Source: a virus (taxonomy: Duplodnaviria; Caudoviricetes). From it: a stretch of 41,440 nt of DNA. The notes under the pieces were generated by a model. That model was not told the DNA's origin and ran no database searches. It was given only the letters and a program-made list of their open reading frames with translations. Both the position numbers and the translations under genes were made by a program. The DNA lies in IMG/VR virus record IMGVR_UViG_3300011433_000003, positions 1 through 41,440 of that record, one strand, 5' to 3'. Position 1 is the stretch's first letter. Each line of letters begins with the position of its first letter. Below, one piece after another: positions 1-8,742 of the stretch.

Positions 1-123
1 CATGACCGATCCGGACACCACGTACGTGCGCTTTGACGATGACATCGTCTACGTGCACCCCGACGCCGTGGCGCGCCTGGCGCGCTCCGCCCGGGAGCGC
101 GGCGCGGGCGGCGGCGTGGCCAG
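1..123. repeat. Terminal direct repeat, copy 1 (identical to 41318-41440); circular assembly overlap
   Basis: Bases 1-123 (catgaccgatccg...gcgtggccag) match the last 123 bases, and the repeat lies inside one reading frame that crosses the junction. Confidence 0.95.
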
Positions 124-622
124 CTTCCCGGTGATGTGGAACAACTCCATCATCTCCAAGTTCGCCCAGCTCACCGGCATCATCCCGGAGGCGGGCACGC
201 GGGAGGCGGACGGGTACACGTGGCCGGAGGTGGGCGGACCGTACTGCATGGACGCCGTGGGCTGGGCGGATGGCCGGTTCGCCGTCCGGATCCACCACCT
301 GCTCCTGGCGGCGCTGGAGAACGGGGAGGAGATGGAGAAGTTCTTCTTCTACCAGGACTTCCCCGTCCAGCTGGGCACCCAGTTCTCCGTGTCCGTGTTC
401 GCCTCCCTGGGCGCGACGTACGCCGCGCTGCCCACGCCGGGCCTGCTGGTCCCGGATGAGGAGGAGCACTGGCACACGGTCCACCAGCCGCGCGTCCTGG
501 GCCAGCCCAACGTCATCGTGGGCGATGCCCTGGTGAGCCACTACACGTTCAACCCCCAGCGCCGGATCGTTCTGGCGTCCAATACGCTGGAGCGCTACCG
601 CGCCCTGGCGGAGAAGATCTGA
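2..622 (+). CDS. C-terminal part of a GT-A fold glycosyltransferase (true start at 41046, across the junction; ~297 aa total)
   Basis: YVRFDDDIVYV DxD-type motif; in frame with ATG at 41046 through the terminal overlap; third gene of the epimerase-GT-GT cluster. Confidence 0.75.
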   Translation: MTDPDTTYVRFDDDIVYVHPDAVARLARSARERGAGGGVASFPVMWNNSIISKFAQLTGIIPEAGTREADGYTWPEVGGPYCMDAVGWADGRFAVRIHHLLLAALENGEEMEKFFFYQDFPVQLGTQFSVSVFASLGATYAALPTPGLLVPDEEEHWHTVHQPRVLGQPNVIVGDALVSHYTFNPQRRIVLASNTLERYRALAEKI

Positions 623-633
623 AGGAGAGCAGC

Positions 634-936
634 ATGAGCGACGGATTCGAGCAGGAGATGGAGCAGGCGTTCCCCTCCATCCACCTGGAGGAGACCGGCG
701 GCGTGCCGGAGGGTGGCGGCGTCGGCGTGTCGGTCCCGGTCAACGTGATCATGGACCAGATGCACCAGCACTACGCGCGCATCATCGCGGACCAGGTCCA
801 GCGCAACGCCGAACTGGCGGCGGCGCTGACGGTGGTCACCGATGAGCTGACGGAGACGAAGTCCAAGCTCCAGGCGCTCACCGACGTGACCAACGCGCCG
901 GAGTCCGGCGACAGCGGCGCGGTGCGCACGCTCTGA
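634..936 (+). CDS. Hypothetical protein with C-terminal coiled coil
   Basis: GAAGGAGA RBS upstream of ATG 634; heptad-like C-terminus. Confidence 0.75.
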   Translation: MSDGFEQEMEQAFPSIHLEETGGVPEGGGVGVSVPVNVIMDQMHQHYARIIADQVQRNAELAAALTVVTDELTETKSKLQALTDVTNAPESGDSGAVRTL

Positions 937-945
937 CGAGACACG

Positions 946-990
946 GAAAAGGCCCGGCCAGCTCCACGGGGGAGAGCGGCCGGGCCTTTC
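946..990. terminator. Probable bidirectional terminator between converging arms
   Basis: gaaaaggcccggcc...ggccgggcctttc inverted repeat between convergent ORFs ending at 936 (+) and 1008 (-). Confidence 0.8.
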
Positions 991-1007
991 TGCTGTGCAG
1001 AGTACAG

Positions 1008-1226
1008 CTACTCCACAAGCGACGCGTTGTCGGACCGGCCGATCCGAGAGGCGGCCACGCCCTTCAGCACGGCCAGGATGAAGCCCAGCCCGGCCGCTCC
1101 GGCGACCACGTCCCAGCGGACCGCCTGTACCAGTTCGATGCTGGCCGGGATGGCGACGATAGCAGTCTGGGCGGCGGTGGAGACAGCGCGCTCCAGCAGG
1201 TCTTTCAGGAACTTCTGGGTGAACAT
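1008..1226 (-). CDS. Holin (r1t-like)
   Basis: FLKDLLERAVSTAAQTAIV N-terminus typical of r1t-type holins, two hydrophobic segments, last gene of lysis cassette. Confidence 0.8.
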   Translation of the reverse strand: MFTQKFLKDLLERAVSTAAQTAIVAIPASIELVQAVRWDVVAGAAGLGFILAVLKGVAASRIGRSDNASLVE

Positions 1227-1243
1227 GGGGGTGCCCCGTTCGG

Positions 1244-1570
1244 TCAGCGTTGCGCCGGGATGGAGGAGGAGGTCAGCTCCAGCTTCAGCTGGGCTTCCTC
1301 CAGGCGGTCCACCACATCGCGCAGCGACCCGCCGGAGTTGGGGAAGATCTCATGGGTGATCTTGTCCTGGCCGCGCTCCAGGTCCACCAGGCGCTGCATC
1401 ACGCCGGGTACGGCCGGGCGGCCGGGGCGGGGCGGGGTGCCGTTCCAGTCGTCCAGGAACATATCCCACTTCTTGCCGTGCCTGAGTGCCGCGCTGATCC
1501 ATTTGAGCATGAGCGCCAGCGCACCTCCGACCGTCACGATTCCCGCCGCCCAGTAGAGCACGTCCTCCAT
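1244..1570 (-). CDS. Lysis-cassette membrane protein (N-terminal TM helix, coiled coil)
   Basis: TM helix followed by PGRPAVPGVMQRL and PNSGGSLRDVVDRLE, an arrangement common in actinophage lysis modules; lies between lysin and holin. Confidence 0.7.
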   Translation of the reverse strand: MEDVLYWAAGIVTVGGALALMLKWISAALRHGKKWDMFLDDWNGTPPRPGRPAVPGVMQRLVDLERGQDKITHEIFPNSGGSLRDVVDRLEEAQLKLELTSSSIPAQR

Positions 1571-1643
1571 GGTTCCCTCCCCCGTGGTGTCATAAACGGG
1601 ACACCCGGCTGGATGTCCCGTTCACAGATAGTAGCGGTCCGGA

Positions 1644-2531
1644 TCAGGCCGGGTCGATGGCCTGCCCGCCCGCCCGGAGAGCGTCTCCGAGACCGTCACG
1701 GACAGCAGCCTGGACCAGCTGCGCGAGCGCCGCCGGGTCGATGCCACCGGCCGCCGGGATGAGCGCCTTGATGGCGGCCAGCTCGCTCTTGACCACGGAG
1801 ATCTCCGTGCGCAGCGCGGCGGCGTCCGCCTTGGCGGCGGCGGCGTCGACAGCCGCGCCGTGCGAGTGGTCCCAGACCTGGGTCATCCAGAACTGGTACT
1901 GGACGGTCGGGTTGGTCTCGGCGTCCTCCCTCCACCAGCGGTTCGGTACACAGTCCACCGGCAGGTCTTCACGAATACCCATGAGAGCCCCCTTCATCAG
2001 CTTGCCCCCGGCGGACAGGTAGTCCGCCAGGCTCTGGTCCTTCAGCATGGACAACATACACAGCTTGTTGTCCCAGTCGGCCACGAAGGCGGTGTGCTCC
2101 GAGAAGTGCCAGTGCCACTCATGGGTGGAGTCCGGCACCCGGCGGAACCATCCGTCGAAGTCCAGCGCCTCCGCCGCCTTGTCCGTGTCCGTCTGGCCCA
2201 GCGCCTCCCGCCAGCCGTAGAACCGAGGATCCTTGGCCAGGAAGAACTTCTCCAGGCGGTCCCCGTACTTGGCCATGGTGGAGTAGTCGCCCCGCTGAGC
2301 CTTGTGGTGGGTCCAGTCGTACGCCCTGCCCTTGTCCCGGGGACCCGTCTTGTCCAGCGGGTGCTGGACGGAGTAGTCACGGGGGTTGCGGGCCAGGTTC
2401 TCGGCAACGGTTCCGTGATACCCCGGCTTGTTGCCGTAGATCCCGGAGTTTTCCGTGTCCGGCTCCAGCGCCACCAGCGCGTTCATGAACCGCGCGCTGG
2501 CGTCGGTGATCCGTGCTGTCGCTACCGCCAT
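1644..2531 (-). CDS. Putative endolysin (His/Asp metallopeptidase-like N-domain, Ala-rich helical C-domain)
   Basis: Position between tail genes and holin; GYH...AYD...HEWHWH candidate Zn ligands. Confidence 0.6.
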   Translation of the reverse strand: MAVATARITDASARFMNALVALEPDTENSGIYGNKPGYHGTVAENLARNPRDYSVQHPLDKTGPRDKGRAYDWTHHKAQRGDYSTMAKYGDRLEKFFLAKDPRFYGWREALGQTDTDKAAEALDFDGWFRRVPDSTHEWHWHFSEHTAFVADWDNKLCMLSMLKDQSLADYLSAGGKLMKGALMGIREDLPVDCVPNRWWREDAETNPTVQYQFWMTQVWDHSHGAAVDAAAAKADAAALRTEISVVKSELAAIKALIPAAGGIDPAALAQLVQAAVRDGLGDALRAGGQAIDPA

Positions 2532-2550
2532 GCCGCAACCCCCGTCGTCT

Positions 2551-3150
2551 CTATCCGTTGTGCAGTGCGGTGACCAGGACGGTTGCCCCGCCCAGCGTCA
2601 GCAGACCGTTGTTCTGGACCGTCACCTCTACGGTGTCGGCGTCCACCACAGTGTGGCCCAGGATGGCCAGGGCGCCAAGTAGCTGGGCGGACCCGGCCAG
2701 CGCCACGGCCACGGAGTACCCGGCGTCCGGCAGCGCGGGCACCATGGGCACGGTGACCGTGGCCGACGCGCTGACCACCAGGCTGGGCACCACGGCGTAG
2801 CCCACGGCCAGGGTCAGCGCCGCCGGGACGGGCAGCTGGCCAGCGATGAAGTCCGCCAGCGGCACCACGAACGCTTCGTTCGCCAGCACCTCCGCCGGGT
2901 ACCGCTCGTTCATGCTGATAAGCCAACCGTCTCCCACGGAGAAGTTGATTTCCTGACCGCCGTTGAGCGGGGTGTCCGTGGTGACCTGGAACGTGGCCGA
3001 CGCTCCCGGGTAGTTGGCCGACGCCGTGACGGTGCTGTTGGGATACGGGATGATGATGGCGTCCACGATGTCGTCCAGGTTGGTGCCGTCGAACACCCGG
3101 TGGCGCTGGGTCAGCACGAAGATCACGTCATTGGGCAAGGGGTCCTCCAT
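2551..3150 (-). CDS. Minor tail / tail-associated protein
   Basis: Beta-rich composition; end of tail operon. Confidence 0.55.
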   Translation of the reverse strand: MEDPLPNDVIFVLTQRHRVFDGTNLDDIVDAIIIPYPNSTVTASANYPGASATFQVTTDTPLNGGQEINFSVGDGWLISMNERYPAEVLANEAFVVPLADFIAGQLPVPAALTLAVGYAVVPSLVVSASATVTVPMVPALPDAGYSVAVALAGSAQLLGALAILGHTVVDADTVEVTVQNNGLLTLGGATVLVTALHNG

Positions 3151-3181
3151 CTGTGGGGTGTCACCCGGAAGTGTGACAGGG

Positions 3182-4258
3182 TCACGCCATCCGGCCGGAC
3201 ACGCTTCCGCGCGCGGTGATGGTGTTGGAGGAGCTGGCCGCCGACCACTGGGCGGAGATGACCAGGCTCTGGTCCGTGGTGGTGTCCCTGGTCAGGGAGG
3301 CGATGACGATAGGTCCCACGGTGGTGTAGGTGCCCACGCCCGTGATGAAGTTGTGAGTCAGTTTCAGCATGCCTGTCCAGGTGCCGCTGGAGCCCAGCGT
3401 GACGTTGGTCAGGATCAGCTCAATGTCCCAGTACCCGTCCGTCATGCCGGAGCGGGCGGTGATGGCGTTCATAGACACGATGGTCTGGCCGCCCACGCCG
3501 CCGAGCTTGGCCTTGAACGTCATGGAAGGCGTGCCGGTGACCGCCATCGTGCCGAACATGCGGATCTGGTAGGTCGCCCCCACGGCGGCGGAGTTGGCCA
3601 GGACCACCACCGTCTGGAGCGCGGTCTCCGTGGTCGTGTTGGCCACGGTGGTGGCCACGTGCGCCTGGGGCGTGAACCGCGCACCGCCCACCAGGAAGTT
3701 GCCCCCCACGATCACGTCATCCAGCGTGCTGGACCCGGCCACGGTGAGGTTGCCCCCCACGGTGAAGCTGTCATCCGTGGTCAGCGTGTCGGCGGCGGAC
3801 CGGTACAGGTTGGTGTCCCCGGCCACCGCACCGTCGCCCCAGAGGGTCTTCCCGTCCGCCAGCACCAGGTAGCGGTCATCGGCGTCGGCGGTCAGGCGGG
3901 AGGCGTACGAGCCGCTGGTGGCCAGCGCCCGGTAGGACCGGAAGAAGGAGCCGGAGGCGACTACGGAGCCGTTGAACGTCATGCCGCTGTCGAAGTCCGC
4001 CCCGGCCACCGGCACCTGGACGAAGACCGCCGACGCCCCGGAGGACGTGTTCAGGTAACCCTTCCCGGTGTCGGTCTGGTAGAAGGCCGCCCCCTGGTAG
4101 GCGCTGGCGGGCATGGTGCTGGAGGTGACCGGCCGCCAGGACAGCAGCGCGTCCAGCCTGTCCCAGTTCTGGTTCAGGTCGGTGACAACATTGACGTTGT
4201 CCGATCCGTCAGCGGCTGGCTTGTAGAAGTTGCCCCTGCTGGTGTATGTCCCGGGCAC
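3182..4258 (-). CDS. Minor tail protein / tail fibre
   Basis: N-terminal YKPAADGSDNVNVVTDLNQNWDRLD fibre-type start; GDTNLYRSAADTLTTDDSFTVGG repeat typical of actinophage fibres. Confidence 0.7.
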   Translation of the reverse strand: MPGTYTSRGNFYKPAADGSDNVNVVTDLNQNWDRLDALLSWRPVTSSTMPASAYQGAAFYQTDTGKGYLNTSSGASAVFVQVPVAGADFDSGMTFNGSVVASGSFFRSYRALATSGSYASRLTADADDRYLVLADGKTLWGDGAVAGDTNLYRSAADTLTTDDSFTVGGNLTVAGSSTLDDVIVGGNFLVGGARFTPQAHVATTVANTTTETALQTVVVLANSAAVGATYQIRMFGTMAVTGTPSMTFKAKLGGVGGQTIVSMNAITARSGMTDGYWDIELILTNVTLGSSGTWTGMLKLTHNFITGVGTYTTVGPIVIASLTRDTTTDQSLVISAQWSAASSSNTITARGSVSGRMA

Positions 4259-4270
4259 GGCCGTGCCTCC

Positions 4271-7200
4271 TTACTTGGTGAACGTGATGGTGATGGACGG
4301 GCGGTTGGACCCGAACCCGGTGAACTTGCCGTAGTAGATCAGGTCGGAGGAGGGGGCGGGACCGAAGGCGATGCCGGTGATCGATCCGTCCCGGATGCCG
4401 TTGCCCACGGAGTTGGCCAGCGTCACGGTTCGCTTGGCCGCGCGCGGCCAGCCGCTGGACTGCTGGCCGTTCTGGGCCACCCGGCTGTCCGCCCAGGTGC
4501 TGGGCTCGGACGTGTAGTTGTGCGTGCCCAGCACCGCCGTACCGCCGTTGTTGTAGTACCAGTGCTCCGCGTACGCCGTGAAGGTCACCTTGTTGATGGT
4601 GGAACCGGCCAGGTCGGAGCGCATGTCGGCGTAGTCGAACCCGATCAGGGACCGCTGGTTCCCGTCGCTGCTGGAGTAGCGCCCCTGATTGGCCGTGGTG
4701 TCGGACTTCTGGGTGTTGTCCTCGCTGTACGTCTGGTACCAGGTCGCGCTGTACGTGCGGGTGTAGGTGGTCACGGCGGGCGGTGCGGGGGTGCTCGCGA
4801 TGTACACCACGGCGGTGTCCGGCACCAGCACGCTGGACCCGGTGTCTTCGATGTACATCACGGCGGGGTGGTTCTCCAGCCGGATGTTGGGGGCGGAGTC
4901 GAAGGAGAAGAAGGTCCAGAGCAGCCGGTGAAGTCCCTCCGTGAACTCCCCCAGGTAGTCCAGCGTCAGGTCTACGTTGAACGCCTCCAGGCCGTTGATC
5001 GTCTCGGCGCGGCTGATCCGGGTGGAGGAGGTGCTGGGCTGGCTGGCGCCGCCGTCGCGCAGCTGGAACGACAGCTCATCGCTGGCGATGCTGCCCAGCT
5101 GGGCATTGCAGAACACCCGGTAGCGGCGTCCTGCCTCCGCCACGAAGCTCAGCTCCATGAACGGGGTCTCATTGGCCTCCCCCACGCCCAGCGCCGCGAA
5201 GGAGTTGGATCCGTTCTGGGCGGCGGTCCACTGGCCGTAGGCCTGGATACCTCTGGGCTGGGGATCGTAGTAGTCCTCCAGGAACGACGCACCGCCGATG
5301 ATCATGTCATCGGCGCTGACCTCCTGGAACGACCCGTTGCCCAGGGAATCGATCGTGGCCAGGGAGTTGTCCGTGCCGTCCGTGATGGAGAAGAAGTTGC
5401 TGCTGGCGGCGCTGGTGATGTTGATGACCGGCTGTCCGTTGGCGTCGTACAGGGTGACGCCGGAGCTGTTCAGCTCCACCCGCGCCCCGTCCTCCGCCGT
5501 GGTGATCCGGGCACCCATCAGGATGGACGCCAGGATGGTGCCCGCCGTGATCTTGGAAGCGGTCAGGTCGGAGATGTGGGCGGAGTCGAGCAGGAGCACC
5601 GACGACTGCACGGCGTCGGAGGGGCCGGACCGGTTGCCGAACCGGTCCACGGCCACCACCTTGACCCAGACATCCTCCGTGCTCTCCAGGCCGAACTGTC
5701 CGACCACCGGGATCTGACCGGACAGGTGGCTGTCATTGGCCGACAGGTTGCCCAGGTGCGTGGAGTCGTCGGGGTAGAAGGCCGGTCCTCCGGCGTGCAC
5801 CTCCAGGTGGTGGAGGTCCCGGGCCAGGTTGAACGTCCCGCCCGTGGCCGCGCCCAGGTTGTGCGTCACCAGGATGGCGATCCGGGAGGCGGCCACCACC
5901 GGCACGGCAGGCTGCTCCGGTGCCAGCGTGTCCGTGCGGGTGGTGTGGAAGACGGAGGCGGACCAGCCGGACTGGTTGGGCGGCGTGGCGTTGTCCACCG
6001 CCCGGATCTGGAGTTCGTACTCCGCCGACACCATCAGTTCACCGATGGTCAGCTGTTCGGTGTCCCACCCGACGAAGTAGGTCTTCCACTGGTCGGCGGT
6101 GGCGGCGTCGTTGGACAGCGGCCTGCCCCAGGTGGCCAGCTCACCCCAGGTGAAGTCATCGGCCCTGTTCCAGGGGATCTGGTAGTTGAACGTCTGGGTG
6201 GACCTGATCCGGATCTCATAGTGGTCCCCGTCCAGCACGGTGGACCCGTCCTGGTTGAGCGGCTCATTCCAGGCCAGGTACAGCGCGGCGCGGGTGTCGT
6301 TGGCCAGCAGGGACTGGTAGGCCACGGAGTCCGTGGCGGTGAACGCCGGGGCGGCGGGGGTGGAGGTGTCGGCCACCGGCCGGGTGCCCACCGGCTCGCC
6401 GTTGATCCCGGTCAGCGCCCGTCCGAAGTCCCCGACCTTGATCGTGGTGCTGCCCCCTTCCGGCACGTAGGCGTCGGACAGGTCGGTCCAGGTTCCGTCC
6501 AGGCTGGAACGGTAGGCCACCGTCCACCCGGCCTGAACCGGCCAGGTCAGCTCCACCACCTTCAGGGCGATGGGGTTGATCGGCTGGCCGTTCCAGAACA
6601 TCTGGCGGGCGGGGTCGGTGAAACCGGCGTCCGGGTCGAACACAGCGATCGTGTCCCCCACCGCCACGGTGCCCACCACGTCGTACTCAGCGGTGGACAG
6701 CTCCACCTCCGGCCGGGCGTTGCGGAACCGGTTCAGCTGGAGAGTGGCACGGGCCTGGGCGTTGGCGGCGCTGGTCTCGCTCTCGCTGATCAGGCGCACG
6801 ATGGTGATCATGTTGCCGTAGCGGTCCAGGTACGGGGATGCCTGGGTGGCCGACGCCGTGACGGTGGCCGCCCCCTCCCCCTCCGCCAGCAGGACGACCG
6901 TGGTCGTGTAGTCCTCCACGTCCAGGCCCAGCGCCAGGTTGCCCTGGATGCCGGTGGTGAACATGTCCCGGCCGCCGCCCTTGCGCACCAGGATGGTGAC
7001 AGGGTCGGTGACAAACAGGGAGCTGTCCGGACCGGCGTCCAGCGTGCTGTCCCCGTTGACCCGCCAGGACACGGGGACCGACTCCGTGGAGTAGGTGTCG
7101 GTCAGGTAGGTCAACGCCTTGCGTGAGGTCTGGTACTGGAACGATCCGGAGAAGGTGCCCGGCACGGCGTACAGCGTGCCCTCCAGGACAGCACCGCCGG

Positions 7201-7540
7201 GCGGTAGGACAGCGCGCACGCTGTTGGCGAAGCTCGCGCTGGCGACGGTGACAGGGTTGACGAACACGTCCCCCTTGTCATCCTCATCGCCCAGCCAGAA
7301 CTCCATGCCGCACCCGAACAGCTCCGTGACACCATCGCTGCTGTCCACCCGGCCACGGAGCACGCCGACGTAGCGGGCGGCGGACAGCAGGTTGTCCCCC
7401 ACCGTGCGGACATCCACCCGGCCGGGCACCACGGCCACTAGGCCGAAGTTGGACAGCGAGTCCAGTGTTTCACGTGAAACATCGCCCCGAAGACGAAGGT
7501 TCCACTGGCCCAGCGCCTGCTTGACCTGGGTGATTGTCAC
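4271..7540 (-). CDS. Large minor tail protein (baseplate hub / central fibre with Fn3-like domains)
   Basis: 1089 aa, second gene after tape measure; Fn3-like YELQIRAVD and VKVVAVDRFGNRS; ISDLTASKITAG repeat. Confidence 0.8.
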   Translation of the reverse strand: MTITQVKQALGQWNLRLRGDVSRETLDSLSNFGLVAVVPGRVDVRTVGDNLLSAARYVGVLRGRVDSSDGVTELFGCGMEFWLGDEDDKGDVFVNPVTVASASFANSVRAVLPPGGAVLEGTLYAVPGTFSGSFQYQTSRKALTYLTDTYSTESVPVSWRVNGDSTLDAGPDSSLFVTDPVTILVRKGGGRDMFTTGIQGNLALGLDVEDYTTTVVLLAEGEGAATVTASATQASPYLDRYGNMITIVRLISESETSAANAQARATLQLNRFRNARPEVELSTAEYDVVGTVAVGDTIAVFDPDAGFTDPARQMFWNGQPINPIALKVVELTWPVQAGWTVAYRSSLDGTWTDLSDAYVPEGGSTTIKVGDFGRALTGINGEPVGTRPVADTSTPAAPAFTATDSVAYQSLLANDTRAALYLAWNEPLNQDGSTVLDGDHYEIRIRSTQTFNYQIPWNRADDFTWGELATWGRPLSNDAATADQWKTYFVGWDTEQLTIGELMVSAEYELQIRAVDNATPPNQSGWSASVFHTTRTDTLAPEQPAVPVVAASRIAILVTHNLGAATGGTFNLARDLHHLEVHAGGPAFYPDDSTHLGNLSANDSHLSGQIPVVGQFGLESTEDVWVKVVAVDRFGNRSGPSDAVQSSVLLLDSAHISDLTASKITAGTILASILMGARITTAEDGARVELNSSGVTLYDANGQPVINITSAASSNFFSITDGTDNSLATIDSLGNGSFQEVSADDMIIGGASFLEDYYDPQPRGIQAYGQWTAAQNGSNSFAALGVGEANETPFMELSFVAEAGRRYRVFCNAQLGSIASDELSFQLRDGGASQPSTSSTRISRAETINGLEAFNVDLTLDYLGEFTEGLHRLLWTFFSFDSAPNIRLENHPAVMYIEDTGSSVLVPDTAVVYIASTPAPPAVTTYTRTYSATWYQTYSEDNTQKSDTTANQGRYSSSDGNQRSLIGFDYADMRSDLAGSTINKVTFTAYAEHWYYNNGGTAVLGTHNYTSEPSTWADSRVAQNGQQSSGWPRAAKRTVTLANSVGNGIRDGSITGIAFGPAPSSDLIYYGKFTGFGSNRPSITITFTK
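7466..7481. promoter_or_regulatory. parS: Perfect bacterial parS palindrome TGTTTCACGTGAAACA
   Basis: 16/16 match to the canonical chromosomal parS consensus; lies within the 4271-7540 CDS (encodes DVSRET). Confidence 0.75.
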
Positions 7541-8742
7541 CGTCGTACCCCGTTCGTCGTGTCGGCCATGGCCATCAGGTACTGGTCGCGCAGGTCCCCG
7601 GCGGCATCGCCGGTAGCGGCACCGGAGCCGGACACCACCGCGCCCACGAAGAAGTCCAGCGTCCGTGTCGCGCTGGCGGACAGGCCGCCCTGGACAAGCT
7701 GGGCGGTGAACGTGCGGGCGGAGCCGACGATGAACCGGTTCCCGTCAGCGTCGTTGGCGGTGGCCGTGACATAGGCGGCGGACGCCGGGCTGGTACCCGC
7801 CTCCGCCGTGGTGCGCAACAGCCACAGCGTGTCCGCCGTGCCGGTCTGGAGGTACCCCTCCACGGTGCGCGCGCCCCGGCGGAGGGACAGGTCCAGCGTG
7901 TGCCGGGCGGGAGCGCTCCAGACCAGGCGGACCGTGACCATTTCGTAATCGTTGCGGAGCACGGTGACAGCGTTGAGGTCCTGGCCGGACAGCAGGTCCG
8001 CCCCCACGAACAGGTCCCAGCTCTTGTCCTCCCACGCCGCCCCGCCCCAGCTGGACACGGTGAGGCTGGCCGACGCCCCGGGCTCGACCTGGGTCAGGGA
8101 GTTGGACACGCTCCAGGCGGAGCCGGACACGGCCAGGTTGATACCGGTGCGCTCCGCCCCGTCCAGGACGAACCGCGCCCGGCCGCCGGGATATCCGGCG
8201 ACGGTGGACCCCCACCGGGGATTCGCCCCGTCCGGCAGCCCCAGGTACACGGTGACGGTCCCGTCCGCCCCTACCCGGGACACAGTGCCCGCCGGGCTCG
8301 TAGACCCCGTGTAGTAGCTGTGAGCGCCCACGGCGGGGGCGTGCCAGCTCACGCCGGTCCGCCCGAAGTCGTTGATCCGCCCGGCGGCGGTGAGCCTGTC
8401 CTCCAGGTCCACGGCGTTGGCCGGGCCTACCAGCTCCAGGGAGATGTTCCAGTTGACCCAGGCAACTTCCCCCTGCCAGTTGGTCTGGCTGGCTCCGGTG
8501 TCGGTGACCCGGTAGAACCCGTCCAGGTCGGACTTGTCCGTGAAGGCGACCTGGACCAGCCTGTCCTGGAGACCCATGATGTCCTCGCGCCGCTGGCGCA
8601 GCTGAGCCAACGTGAGCGGCGGTGTGGACTCCTGGCCGGTGATGACCATGGAACGGACGCCGCTGTTGGCGTTGACCTTGTCTTCGGCCAGCACGGTCTC
8701 CCGCAGCGTCAGGCGTCCGACCTGGATAGTCCCCCAGCTCAT
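7537..8742 (-). CDS. Minor tail protein (distal tail, Dit-like position)
   Basis: First gene after tape measure; overlapping start/stop coupling. Confidence 0.7.
   Translation of the reverse strand: MSWGTIQVGRLTLRETVLAEDKVNANSGVRSMVITGQESTPPLTLAQLRQRREDIMGLQDRLVQVAFTDKSDLDGFYRVTDTGASQTNWQGEVAWVNWNISLELVGPANAVDLEDRLTAAGRINDFGRTGVSWHAPAVGAHSYYTGSTSPAGTVSRVGADGTVTVYLGLPDGANPRWGSTVAGYPGGRARFVLDGAERTGINLAVSGSAWSVSNSLTQVEPGASASLTVSSWGGAAWEDKSWDLFVGADLLSGQDLNAVTVLRNDYEMVTVRLVWSAPARHTLDLSLRRGARTVEGYLQTGTADTLWLLRTTAEAGTSPASAAYVTATANDADGNRFIVGSARTFTAQLVQGGLSASATRTLDFFVGAVVSGSGAATGDAAGDLRDQYLMAMADTTNGVRR

Noticed and set aside
3014-7126. 1370-aa plus-strand ORF and other long antisense ORFs (9564-11591, 14670-16199, 26339-28900, 31506-33617, 38478-40181)
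   Set aside because: They are shadow frames opposite real genes in high-GC DNA, with Gly/Arg/His/Val-rich composition, no motifs and no RBS.
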